Assembly: GCF_006345805.1 (NCBI RefSeq)
Contig: NC_042998.1
Location: 162,378,001-162,442,000 of the forward strand
Length of the DNA stretch: 64,000 nt
DNA from: Octopus sinensis
Lineage: Eukaryota
Direction: 5' to 3'
The notes under the pieces are model-generated. The model saw only the letters and a list, made by a program, of their open reading frames with translations, was not told where the DNA came from and did no database searches. Both the position numbers and the translations under genes were made by a program. How positions within the stretch are numbered: position 1 is the first letter of the stretch; every line of letters starts with the position of its first letter. Shown here in pieces: positions 11,401 through 23,449 of the stretch.

Positions 11401-14044
11401 AATGAGAAGGAGGAAGTCTTTGTGACTACAAGGGTCCACGATGTTGATAACAGTAAAGAACAAAACAAAGGGGCTTACATCAAATAAAAAGAAGACAGAA
11501 GTCAACATAAACCATAAATAACAATAAATGTCAACAAGAACAGATCAATAATGGTGTTTGGATTACCTTGGGTAATTCAAAGGAGAAAACTTGTAAAGGC
11601 CCTAGTATAAATCTTGACACATCACAAAGAGACTTCACCCAATGTTGTTAAAAGTGTATTATGAAAAAACATGTTTTGACAAGCAAAATATTATAGATTA
11701 ATTAGAATAATAGGGATAAGACCTTAATAATTGCAAATTAGTTTTATGGGGTTTAACAAAATCTTTACTAGAAATTATAAAGCTGGAACAAATATATTTT
11801 ATTAAATAGTTAGAACACTTGAAACAATGAATTATTGTTGATTAGATGCAGGAGAATTCTGTTTCAACAGACGAAGAACATCTTTGATTGAAAATGCTCA
11901 AGGCATGACCACATGACCACCCAACCTTTTATTTCAAGCCATACAGTTTGTCTATCATGGAATGTCTGTCTATATTTAACATCTTTTTTGAAGAGGTAAG
12001 GTGTGATTTATAGAGCTTTAGCAGCTACTTCTAGCAGGTTGAGCTACCACATAGAATTTCTCTCACTGGTTTGAGAAAATACATTTTACTTACATGTTTT
12101 TGCTTTTCTTTTCTGTTTGTTTTTTTTTTCCATTGGTTTGGTTTGTGGGTTTATAATCTCTGATTTCCCTTAAAGGAACATAATAAAAGTGAATTACCAC
12201 ACAAAAAAAAAGCATGTATGTTTGTTACAGTTTCTGGAAATAGAATCCTGCAAAAAAGAACATTTCCCTGCTGTTTTCAGAAAGTCTTTACAGCTTTTGG
12301 CTCAACTAAACCTAGATTTAGATTTCTTGCAAGTATTGTATAGACAGCATTTCCGAATCTCTTGGAAGGCCTTGATTTCTACATATGAGTGTAGGTTTCA
12401 ATAATTACAGATATGTACTACTGATTCTTTTGCATAGAAATTCTCAGGGAATTTAGCCCTTTATACATTCACCACATGTGGTTAATGTATATCATCCCCC
12501 ACTGCCATTCTATGGCTGCTTGTAAGTCATCAAAAGGCCTTAGACACCTGCTTGTGGACTGAGTTTGACATGCACAAACCTCCTCACAACTCCAGCCTTG
12601 ATATTGGCTATTCTGTTGACAAAGGAATGAGAAATAACTTTTGACATAACAGCTGTATTAAGCTGGTGACCTTAAGATCAACTTGCATGCTCTAGCAATT
12701 AACTAGAAATATCCTTGTCAGAAGTATAGAATTTCTCTCCGTCTTTTCTCCCCATTTCAGTACATATTTATATATTTATATGCGTGCAAATCAGCTTGCT
12801 TACATATATACCTGCAAATATTTGTACACGCATTGATATATTTTCGAACACATAGCACTATATTCCTAAAAGCAAATGCATGTGCATATGCAGGTTTGCA
12901 ATCATTACATTCCTCTATGTGTAGTGAATTTCCTTGTTCTCTTCCCCCAAAATGCGTAAGCCTACAAATGGAAGTAGACATTCTGTGCATGTGCTTCCTG
13001 CTGTCTCTTTTTAGTGTTTGTCATAGTGATTAGCTTAATCGATGCCATCACGGCTGGCTAGCTTCTTTGATCATAGAAGCATAGTGAGTCTCGTGGACTC
13101 AATTTTCAACACACCTACTCTGCTGTATCCACCAGTATCTATCAAAGAGTCCAGCATTCTGGAGTTCATTGCTTTGTTACATAAAGTGTTTACCACTTTG
13201 ATACAGAGATATAAAATAAATAAATGTATAAATAAATAAATATACAACATAAAAGCTATTTCTAACATTGTGGGTTGACAAACATTGCGTTATAACTTGC
13301 CATTTCTTCTAATTTTTGGCTTCAAAGGGAAATTTTGTATTAAGGGTATCAATATGACAGAAGTGTTTTTGATTTCTTTAGTGGGTATAAAAATAAATCA
13401 AAAGAGGAAAGGCTGGGTAACTAAATATACCCTGATATTCAACCTCAGAATTGCTTTAACCCTGAAAATTTCTTCAGCTTTGCTTTTTCTGTTATGCTGA
13501 GTATTAGCAAAAATAATTTCTAATTTATTAAGTCTACCAGAATTAAAAATCCCTGAGTATGTTTTTAAACTTCACAGAATTCTTTACATTGCATATTTAA
13601 ATATATTTTTGGTAATTAAAAAAAAAAGATGAATTTTTTCCTTTCTTTCCTAGAATTCCTGCACTTCTAAAATGAATATAATTTAAAGGATGAGCATAAG
13701 ATTATTATTAGTGTTTAGTCTTTCATCACCTCACATGAATGGTGATTAAAGCACAGTATTATAAAAAATAATTTAGGTTCAATTCCAGCTGAAGGAAATA
13801 TATATTAGATTGTTGGATAAATTTGTTTTGTTTCTTTTTCTTTTCTACTTGGCATTCCATTATCACATGTCTCATAAGGTAAAATTTATTCAAATTTCAA
13901 AAATGGTTCACACATGTTGTAGAGAAAAATCAGTCACAAAAAAAAAAAAATTATGATAAAAGTATTTTTGTGTTAATTAAAATAACAATGGAAGAAATTC
14001 ATCTGACAATCCAATACATGTCTGCTGGAATAAGATACATGTTG

Positions 14045-14090
14045 GAATAAGATACATGTTGGAATAAGATACAAAGATTGGATGAACTGA
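14045..14090. repeat. 17-bp tandem repeat, about 3 copies
   Basis: GGAATAAGATACATGTT repeated. Confidence 0.85.
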
Positions 14091-14184
14091 AATGTTGGCT
14101 AAAAGATAAAAGAATTAAAAAGATGATATTCCCTTTGTTCATCAAGCTTTTTTCTTTAGTCTGGGTTTTGATTGTAGCTTTGTT

Positions 14185-14362
14185 GAGGTACCACTTTCTA
14201 TGGCTTAGCTGACCATCTCAGCCCCAGTTTTTATTTTATTAGCTTCAGGAAAGTAAAAGGTAGCAGACATGAGAAGGATTTGAATTCATAATGTAAAATG
14301 ATGTAACTAAATATCACAAGTTATTTTTTCTGATGCTCCACTGATTCTGTTACAAAGCTACT
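14185..14362 (-). mobile_element. Old SINE family B remnant
   Basis: CCCCAGT...TTTATTTTATT...GGAAAGTAAAAGGTAG...GATTTGAATTCA reversed core. Confidence 0.5.
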
Positions 14363-15103
14363 TTTATAATCATTATAGAATGATAAATACACAAAATCAA
14401 CTTTAAGCAGGCTATGTTATATATTCATTATAAAAATTATCACACCAGTCAGTTCATCACCTCTTAAAAGTTTATCTGTCTGTCTTTCTGCCTACCTGTC
14501 TGTCAGTCTGACTGTCTTTCTTGTAAATATTGAGGTGGAAGGTTGCAGATTTTTCTTTGTAAATTAATGCATTTAAGTGTTCCCTGATGATCCATTGTAG
14601 TTAAGCATCTTGTTACTCTTGGAACATCCAATACAGAGGTTCCAAACAACAAAAAGAGTGAAACGTATGCAAGAACAAATGACATACATTTGTGCGTGTG
14701 TGTGTGTATCTGCATAAGTCATTCACTATATTACCCCTTAACTAATGTATCTAATGGCCCCTTTGAGTTATTTCCCCTAAATTATATTTTTAATGATGAA
14801 AATTAATATCGGCCACAATCTTTGTTCATTCTTTTCTGTAAAATCTTTGTGGGTTTAGAAGCAGCCATTGGGCAAACTATGATTCACTGATGAGGTACAA
14901 TAAGACTTAAATATGTTCAAAGCTGTCACCTTACTTGCAAATGAAAATTGAAATTTTTTCCTAAGAATTTAAACTTATTTTGTAAAATTTTTATGTAATT
15001 TCTTGAAATTACCTTTCTTTTTTCATGAGTATTACCAACAGTATTAATATAAAGATATGTAAAAAGTATTTATTAAACATATCTATATAAGCACATATCT
15101 ACA

Positions 15104-15505
15104 TAGGCACTATGTGGTTAGAAGCTTGCTTCCCAACCACATAGTTCTGGGTTCAGTCCCACTGTGTGGCACCTTGGGTAAGTGCCTTCTATTATAGCCT
15201 CAGGCCAACCAAAGTCTTGTGAGTGGATTTGGTAGACAGAAACTGAAAGAAGCCCATCATATATATATGTATATATTTATGAGTGTGTGTCTTTGTGTCT
15301 GTGTTTGTTCCCCCACTATCACTTGACAACCAATGTTGGTGTGTTTATGTCTCCATAACTTATCAGTTCAGCAAAAGAGATTGATAGAAGAAATTTTAGG
15401 CTTACAAAGAATAAGTCCTGGAGTTGATATCTTCTACTAAAATTAAAACCCTTTAAGATGGTGCTCCAGCTTGGCTGCAGTCAAATGACTGAAGCAAATA
15501 AAAGA
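15104..15505 (+). mobile_element. tRNA-derived SINE family A
   Basis: B-box GGGTTCAGTCCC, core GGCACCTTGGGTAAGTGCCTTCTA, tail CAGTCAAATGACTGAA...TAAAAGA. Confidence 0.85.
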
Positions 15506-15615
15506 ATACTCAAAGCAGCATAAATATATCTAACAACTAAGATCACATTTTTTTTTCTGCTATTTAAACAACAGTTATATATATTTAAAAAAAACACAAA
15601 ATGATATTATTTTTA

Positions 15616-15797
15616 CCTTTTAGCATTCTGTCTAATGTATTCATGTTGTTTTGAATTAATCATGCATTATCTTGTTACTTCAAGATTTTTTTTTGATGTG
15701 ATTGTTTATTTTTGGAATGACTTTGCAAGGTAGGTTAGATCTGACCACTTTGAATATAAAACAGACAGAATATTTGATTGGTTTAAGTGCTAAAGGG
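15616..15797. mobile_element. piggyBac-like MITE (TTAA target)
   Basis: Ends CCTTTTAGCATTC ... GTGCTAAAGGG|TTAA; interior is the reverse complement of 35545-35713. Confidence 0.65.
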
Positions 15798-16116
15798 TTA
15801 AACAACCAGAGATACATCTAGTTCAAACAACAACAACCATAGATACAAAAATTCAGTTTATTCATTATAATGAAATAAATTTAAATATCTTTTAATTAAA
15901 GAAATTATATATAATTAAGAATTAAATATTAGATGTTTTTCTTCCCTTTCTCCAAAAAAACTGTAAAATTTCAGTCAATTAAAAATTCTTTTGTGCGTAT
16001 TATGTCTTAACTTATAGCATGTGTGTGTGTGTGTGTGTGTAAGTCGTATAAAAGTCCATAAGTCAGGTAAAAATGCACTTGTATATCTGTCAATAAAGTA
16101 TATTATTCAAAATGTA

Positions 16117-16342
16117 CAGTGTTATATATCCATTATGGCTGACCTTACCAATCAGTTTCACTCTAGGGATTTAACGGAGTGTTAGATGGCAATCCAATTA
16201 TATTACCCTGTGCTCATTAGAAGTAGCTGTTATGGAATGAAATGAGCAGAGGGTTCCATAAAAGGATTGTTACCTAACAATCCGTTGAATCCCTAGCATG
16301 AGACCAATTGGTAAGACAGGCCGTAATGGATATATCATACTG
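16117..16342. mobile_element. Foldback MITE with TA target duplication (Tc1/mariner/pogo-type)
   Basis: ~80-bp imperfect TIRs CAGTGTTATATATCCATTATGGC...CTAGGGATTTAACGGAGTGTTAG versus CTAACAATCCGTTGAATCCCTAG...CCGTAATGGATATATCATACTG; TA at 16115-16 and 16343-44. Confidence 0.8.
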
Positions 16343-16353
16343 TACACTTCAAG

Positions 16354-16395
<42 letters not shown>

Positions 16396-16419
16396 TATAT
16401 ATATATGTATGTATATATA

Positions 16420-17210
16420 AATGTAAGAACTAGAGATCGAGGTGTAGGAAGAAAGTTAGCTTCAAGTATAGACCGTAGTGAAAAAAAAACAACTTTCAGG
16501 AAGAATAGTGGTTTATTGAGGCGGAAATTGTGGAATTTTTTTCTTTTATTGAAGAAGGATGAGCTGTAAAAAAGTTCTTTTTATATTATGCAATAAGCAA
16601 CCAGGGTTGCTGAGTGTGCAGAAAATAATACAAGAGTTTCATAATGGAGTATGGGAAATCTGGGCTACATATGTTTCATAGCGAGGGGAAACTCAGAAGT
16701 GGTAAAATCCAAGTGAAGTGTATATTGCCATTCTGATTGAATCTTTGTGTCGACATGTACCTCTTTGTGACAATGTAGCTTTTAAGCTAATCAAGATAAC
16801 TTTGGCCTGAAGAGTAGCCAACGATATACACTTCACTTGGATTTTATCACTTCTGAGTTTCCACTTGCTATCCATTCTGTAACTCTTGTGTGTAGTGTGT
16901 AAAGATATATATATATTTGTATTTGTGTAACATTCTCTATTTTTTTCTGTTCTTGTTTTTGTATATATTTGCTGCTTTCTTCCAAGGAATCTAATGCTCT
17001 TTGCTTAGTTTTTCCTTGGGGCTGGCCAGATTGGAGCAATCTTGAGTATAACCAGCTGAAATTGCAAAGATAATCTAGAACTCGACTGAGGAAAGAAAAC
17101 TCCAAATAACCCGTCCTTCTTTTTTTTGTATCATCTATCTGAATGTTTTGTTGTCCCTTTTTTGTATTACCTAACTGTCTGGATGTTTTGTGTCCTTGTC
17201 CTATTTTGTA
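16420..17210. mobile_element. Penelope-like pLTR remnant with head-to-head inverted duplication and split hammerhead halves
   Basis: Inverted repeat 16678-16727 / 16822-16871 (core 39/41 identical); plus arm has GGC CTGAAGA GTAGC, minus arm has GCTAT GAAA CATATG TA GCC; no RT/GIY-YIG coding seen, so class is inferred. Confidence 0.55.
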
Positions 17211-17214
17211 TATT

Positions 17215-17256
<42 letters not shown>

Positions 17257-17292
17257 TGTGTGTGTGTGTGTAGATATAGATAGACAGATAGA

Positions 17293-17610
17293 TAGCAACT
17301 GGTGAGGGTTCCAGTTGAGCTGTTCAATGGGCCAGCCTGCTTATAAAATTGATGTGCAAGTGGCCAAGCACTCCACAGATACAAGTACCCTTGATGTAGT
17401 TCTCAGTGGGGTTCAGCATGACATAGGTTGTGACAAGGCTGACCCTTTGAAGTTCAGGTACAACTCATTTTTGCCAGCTGAGAGGACTGGAAATATGTGA
17501 GCTATGTGAAATAAAGTCTCTTGCTCAAGGACGCAATGCGCCACCAGGAATCAAATTCCCAACCTTATTATAATAAGCTGAATACCCTAGCCACTAAGCT
17601 ATGTGCCTTT
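17293..17610 (-). mobile_element. SINE family C
   Basis: Reverse complement of 8560-8888 family. Confidence 0.8.
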
Positions 17611-18021
17611 ATGATATACATATCAACACACACACAGACGCACACACATTTTCATACATACATATACATACACACATGCACACACACACAAATTTACAAA
17701 CATTAATATTTTAAAACAGTATTTGCATTAAAACCCTCACAGATAACAATGAGATCCAATATTTGAGGAATCGCAATAAAAGATTGATTATTTTAGATGT
17801 TAACATAACATTTAAAATGCTTATATAAGAAAAATGCTTGAAACAATTTTTTTGATTGATTTAAATCATAAGATCTATTATGAATTCTTAATTTTCTTTC
17901 CACCTTAATTACCAAAATCTTGGTGCATAGTCTTCTGCTATATTGTCTTCTTATGATTGGGATCTTAGCTGTCATAGAATTTTGAGAAGCGCATACTTGC
18001 TGCCAACGTTAACATCTATAT

Positions 18022-18195
18022 CAGTGCTCCACAACCTATATGCTGCGACATGCTTGTGTGCCAGGAGACAATGCTAGGTGTGCCACAGTGTAACCCGAAT
18101 ATAATTTTTTTAATATACTTTTAGTTATATTTTTAGTTCAGGTATACCACCAAATTTTGAAAAGAATATAAGTAGAAAATGGTTGCGGAGCCCTG
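18022..18195. mobile_element. hAT-Charlie-type MITE
   Basis: TIRs CAGTGCTCCACAACC / GGTTGCGGAGCCCTG (13/15); 8-bp TSD ATCTATAT/ATCTAGAT fitting the Charlie NTCTAGAN target. Confidence 0.8.
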
Positions 18196-19173
18196 ATCTA
18201 GATCAGTCTTACCCCAAACTTTTGCAAACTGCTGTCCTCTTGACACCCAGACCACATTCCTAGTGCTCCCACCACTACCACTTACCACCACAAACATAGA
18301 CCACTTACTGCAACAAATTCAAAACAGCTATGTTTTACAAATAAAACTTACCCTAATTAACCAATTATTTTTGTTCTTTTTTACATTCATTGAGATCTTT
18401 CAGCTACCTGATCATTGCCGCTCTTTTCTTGATCGCCCCCAACCCCACCCCACCCACACACACTCCAGATATTTCCACTGTTCTCCAAGGGGACAGCACT
18501 GACCATTTTAGGAATTACCAATCTAGATCATAGTGGTGATTAGTAATAACTTGTTTATCATGAGATCCCCTCTTTCTCTCACAATGAATTCAAGTTTTAC
18601 TGGTGGTCATCATTGTATTATTGTAGCAATAGTAGCAAGGTAGTCTGATAGGATCCATTTTAAAGTAAGAATCACCATATTATAATAATATAAGTTTTCA
18701 TATTTTATTGTGACAGCATAAAACAGAAGTAATATTTTGGCTAATTATATCAAAACAACCATAATAAAAACAGTGTACTGAATGCGGGGGAGTGCATCTC
18801 TAGAAGTGAGCTCCTTAAAAACAGATTCAGCCACATAAATAATTTCATAATTAGTGCACAAAATGCACTTATTAATCCCTCATAGCATGAGGTATTTATG
18901 TGTATCAATGCCCTTAATATAAATAAATATATTCAAAGGGAATAATTATAATTTTTCCCTTGTGAGGTTTTTCACGCTGACTACTTGATAAATTCTCATA
19001 AACACTTTATCCTATTTTAAATTTCATATATATAAGGGTTAAAGTGATCTAAATTAAAACTGCACAAGTGTGTGTATCTTAAGCTTAGCAGTTACTTAGG
19101 AGTAGGACCTAGTAGCTGGTAATCACATTTTCCCCATGTAGTTGTGTTGTGTGAAAAGGACATGAATGACAGG

Positions 19174-19579
19174 AGGCACAGGAGTGGCTGTGTGGTAAGT
19201 AGCTTGCTTACCAACCATATGGCTCCGGGTTCAGTCCCACTGCATAGAATCTTGGGCAAGTGTCTTCCACTATAGCCTCGGGCCGACCAAAGCCTTGTGA
19301 GTGGATTTGGTAGACGGAAACTCAAAGAAGCCTGTTGTATATATGTATATATATATGTGTGTGTGTATGTTTGTGTGTCTGTGCTTGTCCCTCTAGCATT
19401 GCTAGACAACCGATACTGGTGGGTTTATGTCCCTGTAAATTAGCAGTTCGACAAAAGAGACTGATAGAATAAGTACTGGGCTTACAAAGAGTAAGTCCTG
19501 GGGTCAATTTGCTTGACTAAAGGCGGTGCTCCAGCATGGCCACAGTCAAATGACTGAAACAAATAAAAGAGTAAAAGAG
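19174..19579 (+). mobile_element. tRNA-derived SINE family A (young)
   Basis: A box TGGCTGTGTGGTAAG, B box GGGTTCAGTCCC, core CTTGGGCAAGTGTCTTC, internal (TA)/(TG) tract, hairpin tail CAGTCAAATGACTG; highly similar to 61794-62189. Confidence 0.9.
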
Positions 19580-19818
19580 AGAGAGTATATATATATATAT
19601 ATAAATGTACATGTACTTTTTCAATGTATACAAATAATACAGAAATAATAAATAAATAAACAGTTACCAGGGTAGCAAAAATTCACATAAGTACCAAGGA
19701 TGTAACAGCCTACTTATAAAGGTAGAAATTCCAGGGTTAAGTGAAATGTTTTTGTATGACATAGATAAATAAATAAATGGAGTTAATCACAGGTGTTATT
19801 CAAATCTTTATACAATCA

Positions 19819-19968
19819 GGTTTCCTCATAGTTTCTGTATACAAATTTCATTCACAAGGTATTGGTCAACCTGTAGCTGAAGCAGAAGACACCAGATGAC
19901 AGGATCCTTGCAGAAGCCAAACCACTAACCACATGGTTCTGAAGCAAAATTTTTAACCACATAGCCAT
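19819..19968 (-). mobile_element. SINE family A head/core fragment
   Basis: AACCACATGGTT...AACCACATAGCCAT and CACAAGGTATTGGTCAACC reversed. Confidence 0.55.
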
Positions 19969-20741
19969 TAGAAATCAATAATCAATCTGCTGCTGACTTT
20001 GCAGTTTCTATTTCCTTTCCCTGAGTCGTTGTGCTCATATAACCATTATGAGTGAATGAGCCACACTCATAACTATATTCTCTTCCTACTTCCTACAAAT
20101 CTCTCAAATATGGACAAAGGTTTTGATAGAAAGCACCTTTTTGTTTTCTTCCTCTCTACTTTGAGTTGATGTTTTTTTTAATGTTAAAATTAGTTGATAT
20201 ACTCCCATTCACTGTTATAAATTTTACCAGACACGCATTAATAAAGAGGTTTTATTTATATATTTATTTATGTACATTTGTGTTTTGGAATATATCAGCA
20301 CAGAACTATAGAAGCATAAATAATAAAGTAATAACTGCAAAAATGCTTGCCAGAAAATCAAAATTTCCTTGTTTTCATTTTTCAAAATATCCTCTACATT
20401 CTATGATCCAACAAGATCAAAGCACAAAATTTTGTCAATGATATAAGAACAATATAAATGGATAGAATCGAAAATTCCAAATGAATCCAAGACATAAATA
20501 GAATTGATTTCTAAATAGCAATAATCGTTGAGTAAAACTGAAAATTCCTTCGAAGTGAAAACTACTTTCTTTTACATAAATCTTTTGAAATGCCATCAAG
20601 TAAAAGATAAAACTATGAACTCATCATCCATTGAGCAGCCAATGTCACCTCAGAAAGCCATGTTTCACTAAAGACTGTCTGCTTATTCAATATTACGCTT
20701 GACAAAATAATATGCACTTGTGTATAAGCATGTGCATGTGA

Positions 20742-20779
<38 letters not shown>

Positions 20780-22459
20780 CACTCATACACTGATGTGTGA
20801 ATCTGCATAGACACAAAAATACATGAATATCTATTATAAATATGTACTTGTTTATAGATGTGTTTATATGCCGATACACACATATGCACCTTTATGTAAG
20901 TGTGTATATGTGTGTTTATACACACACACATGTATATATATATTTATGTATGTATATCTTAATTTCTATCTTCATCTTTGTAGAATAATGGAAGAATCTC
21001 ATAATGTGAGTTACAAAAAAATTAGACATGACAGATAATAAAGAAACAAAAAAAGATAATTTTAAAAAACACACACATACATTCATACATACATATGCAT
21101 ACGTACACACACACACAATATAACAACAACAACAAAAAGCAAAAGAAAGGAAGAAAGAATAGAAGAGAAAGGGAAGATGCAAACACAAACCACACCACAT
21201 ACAAAAACATCCAAACCAAACTATAACAGACATGCAAACAAAAGAAAAGACAAGAAAATCAACTGAAAGAAATCAGTCACTCTTCATGAATGCCTCTGAA
21301 CTAATTACTTTTCTTTGAACTTCTCTTTCATCTACATATATCTTTCTCCTTATTCTTATGCCCTCCCCCCTCTTTCTTTCTTTCACTCTTTGTCTCTCCC
21401 TGTCTCTATCTCACTCTCTCTCTCTTTTGCTCTGTCCCTCTCACTACTTTTCTGAGTCTTTCTTCTCTCTCTGTCTCTCACACTTTTTCTGTCTCCCTCT
21501 CTCTCCCCTCTCTGTTTCACAATCTTCTTTTTAGGTCTTTTGATAATTTCTATGTATTTATTATTATTTTTTTGTATTTATTTGCATATTGTACTTATTT
21601 ATATCTGTATCTATAGATCTCTGTACATATATTTGTATGTATATATATGTAAGTATATTCACATTTATTCATGTTTTTACATACACACATCCATATATAT
21701 ATATTTATATATGTGTATGTATGTAGATATATTATTTGCATGTCGATATTCATAGGGAGATAGAAATGTACAATAGCTGAATATATTTCAATGTGGGTAA
21801 ATTGTGCTTAAGCCCTTAGCATGCAGTGAGCTAGAGAGAGAGAACGAGATTTTATGTTCTTATGTATATATATATATATTACACACACCTACTTACATAT
21901 GAATATACATACATACATACATATATATATACACATACAACTACCATCATCTCATGCATATGAAATGCTGAGATGTGATGTGTTTGGGTATTAACAGATG
22001 ATTTTGTCCTTGCTTGCATTATTGTATGTATGAGTATATATTAATGCATATGTATATGTATGTATGTTTTTATATGTGTATGTTTGTCTGGTACTCATCC
22101 TTTTAATCTTTTCATTTTGAGACAGGACACTCTGTAGTGCCCTATCATGGCATGGCTCAAGTGGTAAACTTCATTATCAGATCAAATAGCTGTTTCTCCA
22201 AAAAGTATTTATTCATCACCACAATCATAATACTCAGAACTTGACTTCACAGGCTCCACAGAAGAAAGAAAACTCAGCAGGCACTTGGTGCGTACATATA
22301 TATGTATTTTAATGTTTGTGAGTGCATGTATAAGATATGCATACATATTTGCATTTGTGTGTGTGTATGTGTCTGTGTGTGTGTATGTATAAGTATACAC
22401 AAGTATATGTGTATATACAAACTTTTCTCATAATGTAGCCAGCTGCTTTTAGAGGAATT

Positions 22460-23311
22460 TCTTTAGATATTACTGATGACAGTAAAGTTGCGGATGAGTA
22501 AGTGAACAAGTGACAGTGAGTTAGGTGGGACTTGCATACATACATAAACATGTGTGTTTACAAGTGTGTGTGTGTGTGATGCACATGCAAGCATGTGTTA
22601 AGTGAATTCTTTCAATCAAACTTACATATAGCAGACCAAAAGAGAGCTAAGAGAACATTTCATCCAGGGTGAGAGTAAATACCACATTCTCCTTTATCAG
22701 ATACTTGAAGCATTTTCTTGGACATTTAATCCAGATTTAATTGCATTGTCAGCATTAATTCATATCTGAGTAGTTAATCTATAGCAAGTGATTGAGCCAC
22801 TTTATCTTGATGGGTGCAAAGGGTGCCAGTGCTTGAGGTGGTTGTTCAGGCCAAGGGTGGTTTAGAAGAGTCAAGCGCATTTATTATAGGGGAAGTTTGG
22901 CAGGGGACGAGGAAGTGTCAGTCATTCTTTGCATCTTCAAAGTCTGATAACTGCTTCTTGATGTGTGTTATTTTCCATCTGGTCCATTCCCTTAGGGTGG
23001 TCATTGGCGATTGTCTCCCAGGTATTTGGGTTAATGGGGCAACAGAATAGAATGACCTTGAGCTAGTCTCGGAAATGGAATTTGAGGGATCCACATGGTC
23101 TGGTGCCTGAGGCCAACTCTGCAAAGAGGAACTGATGGGTGAGGTGCATTTGAGATATATGTATGATGTGTCTCAACCAGGTTTAATTTACTTCACAGTG
23201 AAAGTAAGAGTGTAAATATTTAAAGCCTGGACCCAAGACATCTTTAGATATTACTGTTGACAGTAAAGTTGCGGATGAGTAAGTGAAGAAGTAACATTGA
23301 GTTAGGTGGGA
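22460..23311. repeat. 71-bp direct repeat pair (22460-22530 and 23241-23311)
   Basis: TCTTTAGATATTACTG(A/T)TGACAGTAAAGTTGCGGATGAGTAAGTGAA...GAGTTAGGTGGGA, about 4-5 mismatches. Confidence 0.9.
22790..23240 (-). mobile_element. RTE-BovB-like LINE 3' fragment (C-terminal region)
   Basis: WLRHII...HQFLFAELASGTRP...INPNTWETIANDHP...GLNNHLKHW, resembling the BovB C-terminus and its degenerate zinc finger. Confidence 0.65.
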
Positions 23312-23449
23312 AAGAATATTTAATTCATACAGAGATCTAGAAACAAATTGGCAAAATTATTGCCTTGTGGCATTTATTCTGGGAGGCTCTATTTGGCCTT
23401 TCATTATTCTGGGTTAGATAAAGTAGCAGTCGAATGCAATGCATTAGTA

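Noticed and set aside
12231-12404. 57-codon open stretch after an acceptor-like TTACAG
   Set aside because: No recognisable protein or convincing donor; expected by chance
18872-19042. Third piggyBac-like MITE (TTAA...AGGGTTAA)
   Set aside because: Only about 4-7 bp of terminal complementarity; not distinguishable from chance
19174-19250. tRNA genes at SINE heads (also 8560, 36789, 61794)
   Set aside because: A and B boxes are present but no full cloverleaf; each continues into a SINE body
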